In this document: positions 39,683 through 51,940 of the stretch, one piece after another
How positions within the stretch are numbered: position 1 is the stretch's first letter
Layout: each line of letters begins with the position of its first letter
NCBI GenBank assembly: GCA_964016885.1
Contig: OZ024761.1
Location: forward strand, 9,734,001-9,798,000
Source of the DNA: Eledone cirrhosa
Lineage: Eukaryota
Direction of reading: 5' to 3'
Length of the DNA: 64,000 nt
Notes under the pieces: generated by a model
Told to the model about the DNA's origin: nothing
Databases searched by the model: none
The model's input: the letters and a program-made list of their open reading frames with translations, nothing else
Made by a program: the position numbers and the translations under genes

Positions 39683-42035
39683 AATAATAATAATGAAATT
39701 ATTGTGTACAGTGCTCAGGTGCACTACAACTCATCAAAGGTACATGTATAGTACATAGAATAATGTACAAATGTCAGGAAAATAAACAGTGTATGAGTCA
39801 TGATATAATAACAATAACGAAATATTGTGCACAGTGCCCAGGTGCACCACAACTCATCAAAAAAGTGCATGTACAGTACATAGGGCAATGCACAAACATC
39901 AGTAAAATGAACAGTGCACGAGTCATGATACACACATGTGTGCATGTGTATGGAAGGGGTACATCAGGTGTAGTTTTGGCGTATTTTGGGAAGCATGAGT
40001 GTCTTAAAGGATGCAGTGTCTCGGCAGCTAACAATTGACGCAGGCAGTTTGTTCCATGCTTCAGCAACTCTGAGCGTAAAAAAATGTCTGCGAAAGTCAT
40101 GGGAGCTGTGCTGTTTTCTTATCTTGTAGGCATGTCCACGTGTGTTAGACACATGGAGATCAAAGAGGCGCTCAGGGTTGCAGTTGGCGAGATGGTTAAA
40201 AACTTTGTGGGTATTCACCAAGTCCATTGCCAGACGTCGGAGCTTCAATGAATCCATGCCCAGGGAAGCAAGGCGTTCAGAGTATGGTAGGTGTCTGATG
40301 GAGGGTATGCGCTTGGTTGCACGTCTCTGAACAGTTTCCAGGAGGTCAATGTTCCGAGCAAGATAGGGGTTCCAGACTGATGATGCGAATTCCAAGTGTG
40401 GTCGCACCATAGCTGTATACAGTTTTAAATAGATGGCTGGAGAGCGGCTAACAAAGGTCTTGCTGAGTGATGCCAAGACACCCTCGGCCTTCTTGACAAT
40501 CTTAGAGACATGCTTTGTCCAACGCAAATCGTTGCTGACAGTAATGCCCAGGTCACGTTCACAAGAGGACTTTTTGATGTCAGTGTTGTGGAGGGAGTAT
40601 GTGGACGCTGGATTTTTCCTTCCAAAATGCATGGTGGTACACTTGTCCACAGCCAGCTTCAGTTGCCAGTCTGTGATCCATTGCTGCATTGTGTCCAGGT
40701 CTGATTGTAGGAAAGAGTTGTAAATTTCAGGATCAGTCCTTTTGATTTCAAGGTACAGCTTGATGTCATCTGCATATTTTAGTACCGTGGCATTCTGTAA
40801 GTTGGCATCTATGTCATTAATATATGCCACAAACAAAAGAGGACCAAGAACAGATCCCTGTGGTACACCAGATGACATCTCATATGGTGAAGAATGCTGT
40901 CCTAGAACCGTGACTACTTCCTTTCGGCTGAGAATGAAGGATTTCAGCCAGTCGAAAAGATCATCCCTCACACCCATTGCAGAGAGTTTTGCCATAAGTC
41001 TTTTGTGTGGCACAGAATTAAAAGCCTTAGCAAAGTCAAGGTAAACAACATCCACCCATGAGCCGCTGTCAGTGATCCGGGTGATGTCCTCAAGAAACTC
41101 GATAAGCTGATCACAGCAGCTGGAGTTAGGGATAAATTCAAACTGTGAGGGCCGGATGAGGCTGTGAGAGCTCCATAAGTTCCAAAGTGTTTCTCTGACA
41201 CAGGATTCCATCAGTTTGGCCATACAGCTAGTAAGACTGACTGGACGATAGTTGACAGGTGACATGCGGTTGCCCTTTTTGAACAGGGGAATGACACTGG
41301 CAGTTTTCCACTGCTCCGGAGTAGCACCATTGCTGAGACAGTATTGAAAGAAAAAAGAAAGCTGGCGCAAAAGGAAATCCCCGCCACGTTTGAGAAGCAG
41401 GTATGTCACACCATCAAGACCAGGGGAGGCATAGTTGCGCTTATTCTTAAGGTGACGTCGCAACATTGCAGGTGTAAATTCCATAGTTGTTATGGAATTT
41501 GATGTTAGAGATGGTGGAGATGGTACATTCTGGTCTTCAACAGTAAAAATACTTGCATAGCACTCAGCAATGAGTTCTGCGCATTCCTTGGGATCGTCAG
41601 TGATCTGGCTTGTGTGGGGATTGCGAAGAGGACCAACTGGAGAGTGAGGTCTCTGCTTTGAATGAACATATTTCCAGAACACCTTACTGTCAGGATTGGT
41701 TGCGATGCACTGTTCAAATTCAAGCACTGCGTTCTTTGTCACTTGCTTGAGATGGTTAGAAGATTTATTCCGCTTTTTTCTGTTGGCATCTGATCTATGC
41801 AGTTTATATTCCCGTTCAGCGTTCCGACGTTCTTTCCTGGCAAGTCGGACCGCTGAAGTTTCCCAGATTGCACTTTTGGGGTGGTTATTTTTCCGCTTCC
41901 GTGGCACTGATGCTGCACACGCTATCCATATTGAGTCCAGGATGCTCTGGAGTATAGAGTTCACATCTCCAGAGTTATACATCTCATGCCAGTTTGGGCG
42001 CTGTAGCTCAGTGCAGTACAAGTTCCAATCCGCCC
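39683..42035 (-). mobile_element. CR1-type (jockey/CR1 group) LINE, 5'-truncated, recent
   Basis: Uninterrupted RT reading frame, 3' UTR with an internal duplication, and (ATT)n tail. 3' UTR fragments of the family also occur at 56340-56415 and 56605-56700. Confidence 0.9.
39964..42021 (-). CDS. LINE ORF2 remnant, reverse transcriptase domain (685 codons open, endonuclease missing)
   Basis: SPGLDG, NYRPVSLTS, YLDFAKAF, SGVPQGSVLGPLLF, YADD, ERDLG, VRPHLEF, LETVQRRATK and TRGH motifs. Confidence 0.9.
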   Translation of the reverse strand: MYCTELQRPNWHEMYNSGDVNSILQSILDSIWIACAASVPRKRKNNHPKSAIWETSAVRLARKERRNAEREYKLHRSDANRKKRNKSSNHLKQVTKNAVLEFEQCIATNPDSKVFWKYVHSKQRPHSPVGPLRNPHTSQITDDPKECAELIAECYASIFTVEDQNVPSPPSLTSNSITTMEFTPAMLRRHLKNKRNYASPGLDGVTYLLLKRGGDFLLRQLSFFFQYCLSNGATPEQWKTASVIPLFKKGNRMSPVNYRPVSLTSCMAKLMESCVRETLWNLWSSHSLIRPSQFEFIPNSSCCDQLIEFLEDITRITDSGSWVDVVYLDFAKAFNSVPHKRLMAKLSAMGVRDDLFDWLKSFILSRKEVVTVLGQHSSPYEMSSGVPQGSVLGPLLFVAYINDIDANLQNATVLKYADDIKLYLEIKRTDPEIYNSFLQSDLDTMQQWITDWQLKLAVDKCTTMHFGRKNPASTYSLHNTDIKKSSCERDLGITVSNDLRWTKHVSKIVKKAEGVLASLSKTFVSRSPAIYLKLYTAMVRPHLEFASSVWNPYLARNIDLLETVQRRATKRIPSIRHLPYSERLASLGMDSLKLRRLAMDLVNTHKVFNHLANCNPERLFDLHVSNTRGHAYKIRKQHSSHDFRRHFFTLRVAEAWNKLPASIVSCRDTASFKTLMLPKIRQNYT

Positions 42036-42266
42036 TGGTGTGCTTTCATCAGATAAAATATAATATAGAGCAGTTTTATAAATAAATATTGACATACCCT
42101 TAAAGAATGCATTCTTTAAGGGTATGTCAATATTTATTTATAAAACTGATCTATATTATATTTTATCTGATGAAAGCACACCATAATTTAACTTGGTGTC
42201 CTTGAAATATGTATAATGAAATAAATATGGTTTTATAAATATAGTTTCCATTTGTTAATATCGTAT
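42036..42266. repeat. Near-perfect palindrome centred at 42109/42110, derived from a Penelope terminus
   Basis: 74-bp arms with one mismatch and no spacer (AAAGAATG|CATTCTTT); the right arm continues and pairs with 39599-39682. Confidence 0.95.
42159..42223 (+). ncRNA. Hammerhead ribozyme (type I, short quasi-palindromic stem III)
   Basis: TATTTTAT-CTGATGA-AAGcACACCA(loop)TGGTGTcCTT-GAAA-TATGTA-TA-ATGAAATA. Stem I is 8 bp including one G-U; predicted cleavage after 42215. Confidence 0.8.
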
Positions 42267-42426
42267 ATATACATATATATATATATGTATATATACGTAT
42301 ACATACAAATACGTATATATATATATACATGTATATATGCATACATACATGCACATATATATATATACATACACACATATGTGTGTGTGTGTATATATAT
42401 ATATATGTGTATATATATATATGTGT

Positions 42427-42464
<38 letters not shown>

Positions 42465-42578
42465 TAAAATAACAGATTAAAGTTTAAGCAAAGAATCGCT
42501 GCTTTCACCCTTAACGGGATCTTCTTTGGATTTTAGTCTTCAAATTTATTATTATTACTATATATATATATATAGATA

Positions 42579-42624
<46 letters not shown>

Positions 42625-42650
42625 CATATATATAAATATATATATATACA

Positions 42651-42692
<42 letters not shown>

Positions 42693-42761
42693 ACTGAAAT
42701 AAAACAGTGCATCTTATTTCACATATATACACTATCTCCTTTGACCTCTGACATATACATA

Positions 42762-42811
<50 letters not shown>

Positions 42812-43308
42812 CACATGGCTTAGTGGTTAGAGCATTAGCCTTGCAATCGAAAGGTTGTGAGTTCAATTCTCAGACCGGCTGATGTGTTGTTTCCTTGAGC
42901 AAGACACTTTATTTCACATTGCTCCAGTTTACTCAGCTGTATGAGATGATAGGACTGGGGTCCCTATCATTCCACGGGAAAAAAAGCACCCACCACACAC
43001 TGTAAATGAGGTTGGTGTTAGGAAGGGCATCCAGCTGTAGAAAGCAAGCCAAAATCAGTTCCCGTCCTTGATGATGATATATGTGTATATATATCTATAT
43101 ATATAGGAAACCGGTAATAGACAATTATTAAATATATAAATAAATAAATGCCATTGTTAATTAATAAATAAATCAACTAATACCTTAACGCTTCACACAA
43201 AGTAAAATATTTTGTTTTATTCATTTTCTAACCCAGAAAAAAGAGAGAAATAAATAAAAAGGGAAAAAAATATATTTTTCTTCCTAATAATCGTCTTTTT
43301 CTCCCTGC

Positions 43309-43344
<36 letters not shown>

Positions 43345-43348
<4 letters not shown>

Positions 43349-44915
43349 TCCTCATCACCGTTTTACGTCCGTTCTTCCACGCTAGAGGAAGAACGGACGG
43401 AGAGGTACAATTGGGCAAGGTCGGCTTTCATCACCTCACCCCAAGTCTTCTGAGTCTCCCTATTCCAAGGCTTTCAATGACTTTGAGCGCTCTGCACTTT
43501 TTGATGCAGCTGTCATCCTTCATACGCAACATATGTCCATAGCAACGCAATCTCCTCTCCTGCACACAGCATTTGCCTAGTTTCTCTCTGTTCATTTATG
43601 CTTCGCCGTTCTCGTATATTACTATTACACATCCATTGGAGCATGCAGACTTCATTTCTTTCCAAACTATGCAAGTCTTCTGCACACAGCGCCCATGTCT
43701 CACTACCATGTATCATACAGTCTGCCTTTCATTCTGAGGGAGAGGCCTTTTGTAGCCAGCAGTAGTTCCCTGAATTTCCTCCATCCCATTCTTACCCTGG
43801 CTACTGTACTTTCAGTGTACCCACCACCGCTGCTAATTCGGTCACCTAAGTAGCAGAAGCTATCTACTGTTTCTACAGAGCCCTCTGAGAATTTAGTGGC
43901 GCTTGTTTCCTGCAGTCATTTGCTGCTTACTGTCCCGGTGCAACTGCTACATGTAAAGCCTACATTCTTAGCTAAACTTCCTGAAATCCCACTACATCTC
44001 TTGTGCACCCACATTTTGCATATGGGGCAGAGGATGGAATTTCTACCAACGCCTTTCCTACATACTGAACAAGGCCATTTCCCTGTTTTCTCTTCTACTT
44101 ACTAGGACCTTAGTCTTTGTCAGGTTGACTTTAAGACCCCTTCTTTCTAGGCTCTGCTTCCAAGTTTGGAATTTCTTCTCTAGTTCCACCATGGATTCAG
44201 CTATGAGTGTAAGATCATCTGCGTACAGAAGTTCCCATGGGCAGCCAGTCTTAAACTCTTCTGCTATTGTCTGTAAAACAATTATAAACAGGAACGGGCT
44301 AAGGGCAGAGCCCTGGGGCACGCTAAATTCCTCACTATAGTTATTGTTAACCCTAACTTTCCTGACTGCTCCCCTATACATGGCTTTTACAGCCTTCACA
44401 AGCCACTCATTTACTCCTAGTTTTCTAAGAGCCACCAAATTATAGCACAGGGCACTCTGTCGAAAGCTTTCTCCAGATCAACAACTGCTAGATAGAGAGG
44501 CTTACTTTTAGCTAGGTACTTTTCCTGTAACTGTCTCACAAGGAAGAGGGCATCAGTGCTTTTGCTTGGCACAAATCCAAACTGCATCTCATCTAGATTT
44601 ACCATATCTCTAATCAACTGTGCTATGACTCTTTCTGTTACTTTCATTACCTTGTCCATCAGTTTTATACCTCTATAGTTACCTCTATCTAGCACATCCT
44701 CTTTACCCTTATAGTAATGGACAATGATGCTACTGCACCATTCATATAGTATGACACCCTCTAGTATTACCTGGTCTACAATACGTGTGGTTAAGGTGTG
44801 GTTAACCTACCGACCCAGATGCTTTCAGCATCTCTGCAACTATTCCTGATGGACCGGCTGCTTTCCCAGTTTTCATATCCTTAATTGCCTTACTAACTAC
44901 ACTGCTACTGACTTG
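43345..44915 (-). mobile_element. RTE-clade LINE, 5'-truncated, frameshifted
   Basis: NYRGIKL, MQFGF, DLEKAFDRVP, QGSALSPFLF, LLYADDL, HGSETW motifs, a Cys-rich insert and a (GAT)n tail. Confidence 0.9.
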
Positions 44916-44919
44916 TACT

Positions 44920-45330
44920 GGTTGAACAGTGTGTAAATGAACATTTTAACAGGTTGAACAGTATGTAGTAAATATTTTAACTGGTTAAACAACATTTTAA
45001 CAGGTTGACCAACATGTAGTAAATATTTTAACTGGTTAAACAACATTTTAACAGGTTGAACAACATTTTAACAGGTTGACCAACATGTAGTAAATATTTT
45101 AACTGGTTAAACAACATTTTAACAGGTTGAACAACATTTTAACAGGTTGACCAACATGTAGTAAATATTTTAACTGGTTAAACAACATTTTAACAGGTTG
45201 AACAGTATGTAGTAAATATTTTAACTGGTTAAACAACATGTAGTAAATATTTTAACTGATTAAACAACATTTTAACAGGTTGAACAACATTTTAACAGGT
45301 TGAACAACATGTAGTAAATATTTTAATAAT
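44920..45330. repeat. Minisatellite of 21/31-bp units (TTTTAACAGGTTGAACAACATGTAGTAAATA)
   Basis: Direct inspection. Confidence 0.9.
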
Positions 45331-45837
45331 AAACAAGATTTTGTAAACATTTTAACAAAGTAAACTTCAACATCATTTTATTTTATAAATGAACAAGTTT
45401 TTTGCGAGGTGGGTAACACCATTCAAGCTCTCTTTTGTATAGAAGTCAAAAAAGTCAATTAACTACTTCATGCATACAATAAATAAGCAAATAAAATACT
45501 GATTTTTTTTGTTTGTTTGTTTCTTGTGAATTTTTTAACAGGAGAGGTAGAAAGGGCAAGACTGCTAGCCTTTTAGGGAGTAGGGTTAGGTTTAGTGTCT
45601 TTTATAGGAGGTAAAATGTGAGGCTGTGAGGTGCATGCCTTTTTCTGAGTGAACTCACATTGTTAAGTGTAGCGATGTGAAATGGTTCCCTCCAGGAGAT
45701 TGAAGCAGAATTGTTCAAATAAATATATAAATAAATTATATATATATACATACATATATGTATGCTTATGCATACATATATAATACACATATATATCTAC
45801 ATACAGATACACACACAACACACATATAGCCACATAC

Positions 45838-45894
<57 letters not shown>

Positions 45895-46053
45895 AATTAA
45901 CATTAAGACAGATGGTATGGCTACATAATTGTATTTATGGCATAATACATATTTCAGTGGCACCAGTGTACAGTTGTTATGTAATCATTACAGCACAACA
46001 ACCAGCACCATATGACATTATCAGATGCTAACACAATTATGTGAAGAAATTTA

Positions 46054-46142
46054 GGTAAGTTGATATGCTGCAGGCAAGCACTTCCATGTTTGCGAAAGTC
46101 TAGTGAACATGGAAGCATTTGCCAGTGGCATATCAACTTTCC
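46054..46142 (+). ncRNA. Pre-miRNA-like hairpin candidate
   Basis: 37-position stem with 5 G-U pairs and 3 mismatches, 9-nt loop; not seen elsewhere in the window. Confidence 0.4.
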
Positions 46143-46400
46143 CATATTGAACTTATATATATAGGCGCTCAAAACTGTCTTTGATTGTTTCATATTATAT
46201 AACTGTTCAGATTAACTCTTTAGATCAGTGCTTCTTCAAACATTGATTGTTTTATATATATATATATATATAATATATATATATAATATATATATATATA
46301 TTATCATTATCAGCATCACCATTTAGCGTCCATTTTTCCATGTCCACGTTGGGATACAAGTCTGGTCAGAGTTGGCTACGCCGTACCTTGCTCCGACAAG

Positions 46401-46469
<69 letters not shown>

Positions 46470-46732
46470 CATATCATACACACAAAAATTACTGTGCAGC
46501 CCTAGGTTTCATGGTCTGACTAGACTGTTTGACTGCAATCGATAATGCGTCAGCTCTTCTTCAAGCATCCATTTTGAAATGTCTGAAGAAGACTTAAAGA
46601 CCAGGTCATATGGGAAGAGGAGAGTTAATAAGAAAATGTTATATTAAATGGTCAAAGGAAGGCAACTCCTGCATTCTAGTGTTTCATCTAACACATAAAA
46701 CTAAAAAAAATTAACTTATAACACTTTTGGTG

Positions 46733-46771
<39 letters not shown>

Positions 46772-46865
46772 CAAGTGAGAGAGAAAACAGATACAATTTT
46801 GAGGAGTTGGTCATGTGTGTAAATTCATGAGTTTGTCAGGTCATTTATGTCATGAGTGTGACATT

Positions 46866-47093
46866 TTAACCCTTTAACATTTACATCACTCTATATATAC
46901 TATTGTATTTTCACCGTAAAGGCTTTATTTCTCATAATATCTCACATGATATTGAATCTACGACATTTTGATATTACTTATTTTGAGAACAATACCTTAA
47001 CATCAGTTTGAGTGGCCAGTTATAGCCAGTTTGACCAGAAAGAGGTGAGAGAATTCTGGCCAGATACGGCCAGTCTAAATGCTAAAGAGTTAA
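46866..47093. mobile_element. TTAA-flanked MITE (piggyBac-like)
   Basis: Same family as 5551 and 30622. Confidence 0.75.
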
Positions 47094-47779
47094 GGGAGCA
47101 GAAAGATAGACTATGGTGTTGAGAAGGAAGACAGCTTTGTCAGGTAGGGTCAACAATTTTAGTTCTACTATCTGCATGGAGGGTACATCAAGACTGATGT
47201 TTCCATGAGAAGAGCAAGTATTTTTCAAAATGTAAACACTTGAAAATGTTATATTTGGAGTGTAGGCATTCATTTGACGATTTCAATGCCTGCAGGATTT
47301 CACATTTAAGTAGGGAGGCGGTAACCAGATAATGTTCGTCTATTTTATGGGAGGTGTTTGGTATATACTGAATCTTATATTTGAAGCCACTTTCCAGGAG
47401 GGTTATATATATATATACATACATAGACAGCGTATCCCCACCATTCATGGTCCCAGTTGTTTGTGGAATTTTCCTTAGAACCTAACAAATAATTATTCAA
47501 GGAATCCTCCGCATATTTGTGGAATTGTAAATGTCTTCCGCAGTTTTTTCATGGTTTTTTCATGGCAATATATATTTTTTTAACGCTAAATTATTAATAA
47601 CAATATATCATATTGGACGGCCCTTCGTATAAGACGCTCCCTCTTTTTTATTATATTTTACATTATATTTTGAAGTTTATAGGCATTTTTATTGAGCACA
47701 TCTGATATTCGTGGTTTTTCACTCTTCACCGTCGCTCTATAAACGTAACTCTCACAAATACCGGGGACAACTGTATGTG

Positions 47780-48695
47780 TGTGTATATATAAACACATAT
47801 ATATATAAACACAGCTGTATATATATATATAAACACAGATATATATATATATATATATATATATAAACACAGATATATATATATATATAAACACAGATAT
47901 ATATATATATAAACACAGATATATATATATATATATAAACACAGATATATATATATATAAACACAGATATATATATATATATAAATCATATATACATATA
48001 TAAACACACCTATATATATATAAACACAGATATATATATATATAAACACATATATATATATATATATATAAACACAGATATATATATATATAAACACAGA
48101 TATATATATATATATATAAACACAGCTATATATATATATAAACACAGATATATATATATATAAACACAGATATATATATATATAAACACAGATATATATA
48201 TATATAAACACATATATATATATATAAACACAGATATGTATATATATAAACACAGATATGTATATATATAAACCCAGATATATATATGTAAACCCAGATA
48301 TATATATATAAACACAGATATATATATAAACACAGATATATATATAAACCCAGATATATATATACATATCAACACAGATATATATATATATAAACCCAGA
48401 TATATATATATAAACACAGATATATATATATATATATAAACATAGATATATATATCTATAAACATAGATATATACATATATATAAACACAGATATATATA
48501 TATATAAACACAGATATATATATATATAAACACAGATATATATATATATAAACACAGATATATATATATATAAACACAGATATATATATATAAAAACAGA
48601 TATATATATATATAAAAAACCCCAGATATATATATATATAAACACAGATGTATATATATATATATATACCCAGATATGTATATATATATATATAT
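47780..48695. repeat. (TA)n-AAACACAGA compound minisatellite
   Basis: Direct inspection. Confidence 0.95.
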
Positions 48696-49589
48696 TTGTT
48701 TTGCAAGGTTTTTGATATGAAATCATTGGTCAGTCAGTGATAAACATTGAGGACCAAATGAATTAACTGTGGAGATATAAAAGATACAGAAGCGAAAACC
48801 AACCAAATAGGGAGTGTGTTCTGTGATTATTTCTGGCAATATTATTACAACAATATGACCCTCCCCAACTATAACAACATATATATATATATTAATAGTA
48901 ATAAATGGAAAATATATCACTATAGCATCATAACTTATTTCATTATATATATTTGAGTTCAAATCCTGCCGAGGTTATCTTTGCCTTTCATCCTTACGGG
49001 GTCGATAAAATAAAGTACCAGTAATACACTGGTTAATTGCTCGCCTTGTGCCTAACGTAGAAACAATTATATATATTTGAGAGATACTCATTTATAGTAT
49101 GCTCTCTTCAGACAAAATACAATATTTGATGCATAAAAATGTGACATACCTATAAAATAGAACTTATGTGGTCAAAATATCCTAGGATCTAAATTAATTG
49201 GGAAAAAACAAATAAATAAATAAGTGTTTCTACTTTAGGCACAAGGCCAGCAAATACCCAGTGCATTACTGGTACTTTATTTTATCGACCCCGTAAGGAT
49301 GAAAGGCAAAGTCAACCTCGGCGGGATTTGAACTCAGATCGTAAAGGGACGTAACTATGCTGGAAAGCATGGCGTCCGACCCTCTACCGATACTGCCAAA
49401 ATAATAAGGCCAGTTAAAATAGACACTTGAAATGTTTTTAAAATAGCATAATTAGATTGGTCAGAGAAAAAAAACCTTACTAAGGGGGGATATATATATA
49501 TATATATATATACATACACACACAAACATATACGTATATACAGTTATATATATGTATATAGATCGATATATATATATATATCATATTCT

Positions 49590-49815
49590 AATGTTACAAA
49601 AAAAATAAAGGTATATGTCTATTAAAAATCTGGTAATATTTATGGGTTCTAGGGAAACATTTATCGAGAGCTTGAAAGAACTGTTGTGTTAAACTGGTTT
49701 TGATTCCTAGAATAGTGGTGGAGAGTACCATATTATAGAGCGGGGTGGGGCTTTTCTATTTGAGTCATTAGTTTTGCTTATATGTAAGTTATGATGGTTA
49801 TGAGGTTTATTTATG
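49590..49815 (-). mobile_element. Penelope/Neptune internal fragment between (TA)n tracts
   Basis: RSIIWYSPP and ALDKCFPRTHKYYQIFNRH, homologous to 2090-2220. Confidence 0.7.
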
Positions 49816-49891
49816 TTATTAATATATATATATATATAAACAGATATATATATAAACACGCATATATATATATATAAACACACATATATAT

Positions 49892-49936
<45 letters not shown>

Positions 49937-50149
49937 TATATATATATATAACACACACATATATAACACACACAGACACATATATATATATATATGCGAG
50001 CAAGACAATCACTCTTGCCTCAAGTGGGACTACCCCCGTCCAAACCCATGCAAGCGTGGAACACGGACGTTAAACGTTGATGATGATGATGATGATGATG
50101 ATATATATATTAATAAATATATAAACATACACACACACACATATATATG

Positions 50150-50188
<39 letters not shown>

Positions 50189-50392
50189 ACATATATATAT
50201 ACACACATATAGACATATATATATTAATAAATATATAAACACACACATATATATATATATAAACACATATATATATATATATATATAAACATACATATAT
50301 ATATATACACACACACATATATATATATATATATATTAATAAATATATAAACACACACACACACACATATATATATAAAAATATGCACACAC

Positions 50393-50431
<39 letters not shown>

Positions 50432-50485
50432 TAAAGTTAGTATTCATATGTAACCCATTAGCAACCATGCAGCACGTTTATTCTC

Positions 50486-50524
<39 letters not shown>

Positions 50525-50677
50525 TACACACACATACACACACATACTTTTACTGGTTTCACTCATTTGACTGTGGCCATTCTGTGGCACTACTTTCTAA
50601 AGTTTAGTCGATTGTTTTGAACCCCAGAATATGTTAGATGGAAAATGGTGCAAAACCACTGGATGGTGGTTAGGGGT

Positions 50678-51139
50678 GGTGGTGGTGGGGCAGGACTAGA
50701 GAGTATTACTGGACATTGTAGAGGTGGTGGTGGGGCAGGACTAGAGAGTATTACTGGACATTGTAGAGGTGGTGGTGGGGCAGGACTAGAGAGTATTACT
50801 GGACATTGTAGAGGTGGTGGTGGGGCAGGACTAGAGAGTATTACTGGACATTGTAGAGGTGGTGGTGGGGCAGGACTAGAGAGTATTACTGGACATTGTA
50901 GAGGTGGTGGTGGGGCAGGACTAGAGAGTATTACTGGACATTGTAGAGGTGGTGGTGGGGCAGGACTAGAGAGTATTACTGGACATTGTAGAGGTGGTGG
51001 TGGGGCAGGACTAGAGAGTATTACTGGACATTGTAGAGGTGGTGGTGGGGCAGGACTAGAGAGTATTACTGGACATTGTAGAGGTGGTGGTGGGGCAGGA
51101 CTAGAGAGTATTACTGGACATTGTAGAGGTGGTGGTGGG
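50678..51139. repeat. 45-bp minisatellite, 10 identical copies
   Basis: Unit GGTGGTGGTGGGGCAGGACTAGAGAGTATTACTGGACATTGTAGA. Confidence 0.97.
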
Positions 51140-51459
51140 GATGGGGGCTAGGAGTGTTATGGGACAAGATGGTGGTGGTGGTGGTGGTGGAGCTATGGGG
51201 ATAATATTGGACGTGATGGTGGTGGAGGTGATCAGGGTGAGTAGTATTGGAGGTAGTGGTGGTGGTACTAGTCAGAGGTAAGTCTGTGGTAGAGGTGGTG
51301 GTGGTGGTGTGGTAGTGGTGGTGGTGGTGGTGGTAGTGGTCAGAGATAGCTCAGTGGTAGTGATGGTGGTGGTGGTGATGATAAGAGATAGCTCTGGGGT
51401 GGTGGTGGTGGTGGTAATAGTCAGAGATAGCTGGGGGGAGGGGAGTTGTGGTGGTGGTT

Positions 51460-51940
51460 TCAGTGGAGTACAGCAAATCTTATTGATACACTGTGACACC
51501 TGCTCCACCGAAACATTCATCTCGAGGTTCGACCCTGGGCCGACTTTGACACCTAGGTAAGAACATTTCTCTGCAGGATCGATTCTCAAGAGCTGAATAC
51601 CGTCAATTTCAGGAGCGGAGTTGTGTTAACCAAGAAGGACTTCCCCCACGCTTTGATCGAGAAAGTGGCGCATTTGGAGACATTCACCGCTAGCCCCATC
51701 TCCCGGTAGAAAGACACGCATCTTTCAACTGGACGCTGCATCTCCACCAAAGAGGCGGACACTCGGGCATTGTCATCCGCGTACGCCAGACTCTCCAATC
51801 TGTCAGCCAGAGTTGATGGAAAGTACACCCATCAGCGGATCTGTGGCTATGTTAAAGAGAAGGGGCGAGACAGAGTCCCCTTGCCGTACTCCTCGTCTCA
51901 TCTCGATAGCTCTGCTCGTTTCCGCTCCGACCGAGAATTT
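51460..51940 (-). mobile_element. R2/NeSL-like non-LTR retrotransposon RT fragment
   Basis: RRGVRQGDSVSPLLFNIATDP, LESLAYADD, GLAVNVSKC and YLGV motifs, with frameshifts. Confidence 0.75.

Noticed and set aside
45580-45595. Telomeric repeat (TAGGGTTAGG)
   Set aside because: Fewer than two full units, which is chance level.
47188-47560. Possible exons of a third gene on the minus strand (…NWDHEWWGYAVY|gtatgt)
   Set aside because: There is no in-frame start or acceptor and no recognisable homology; it may be a TE remnant.
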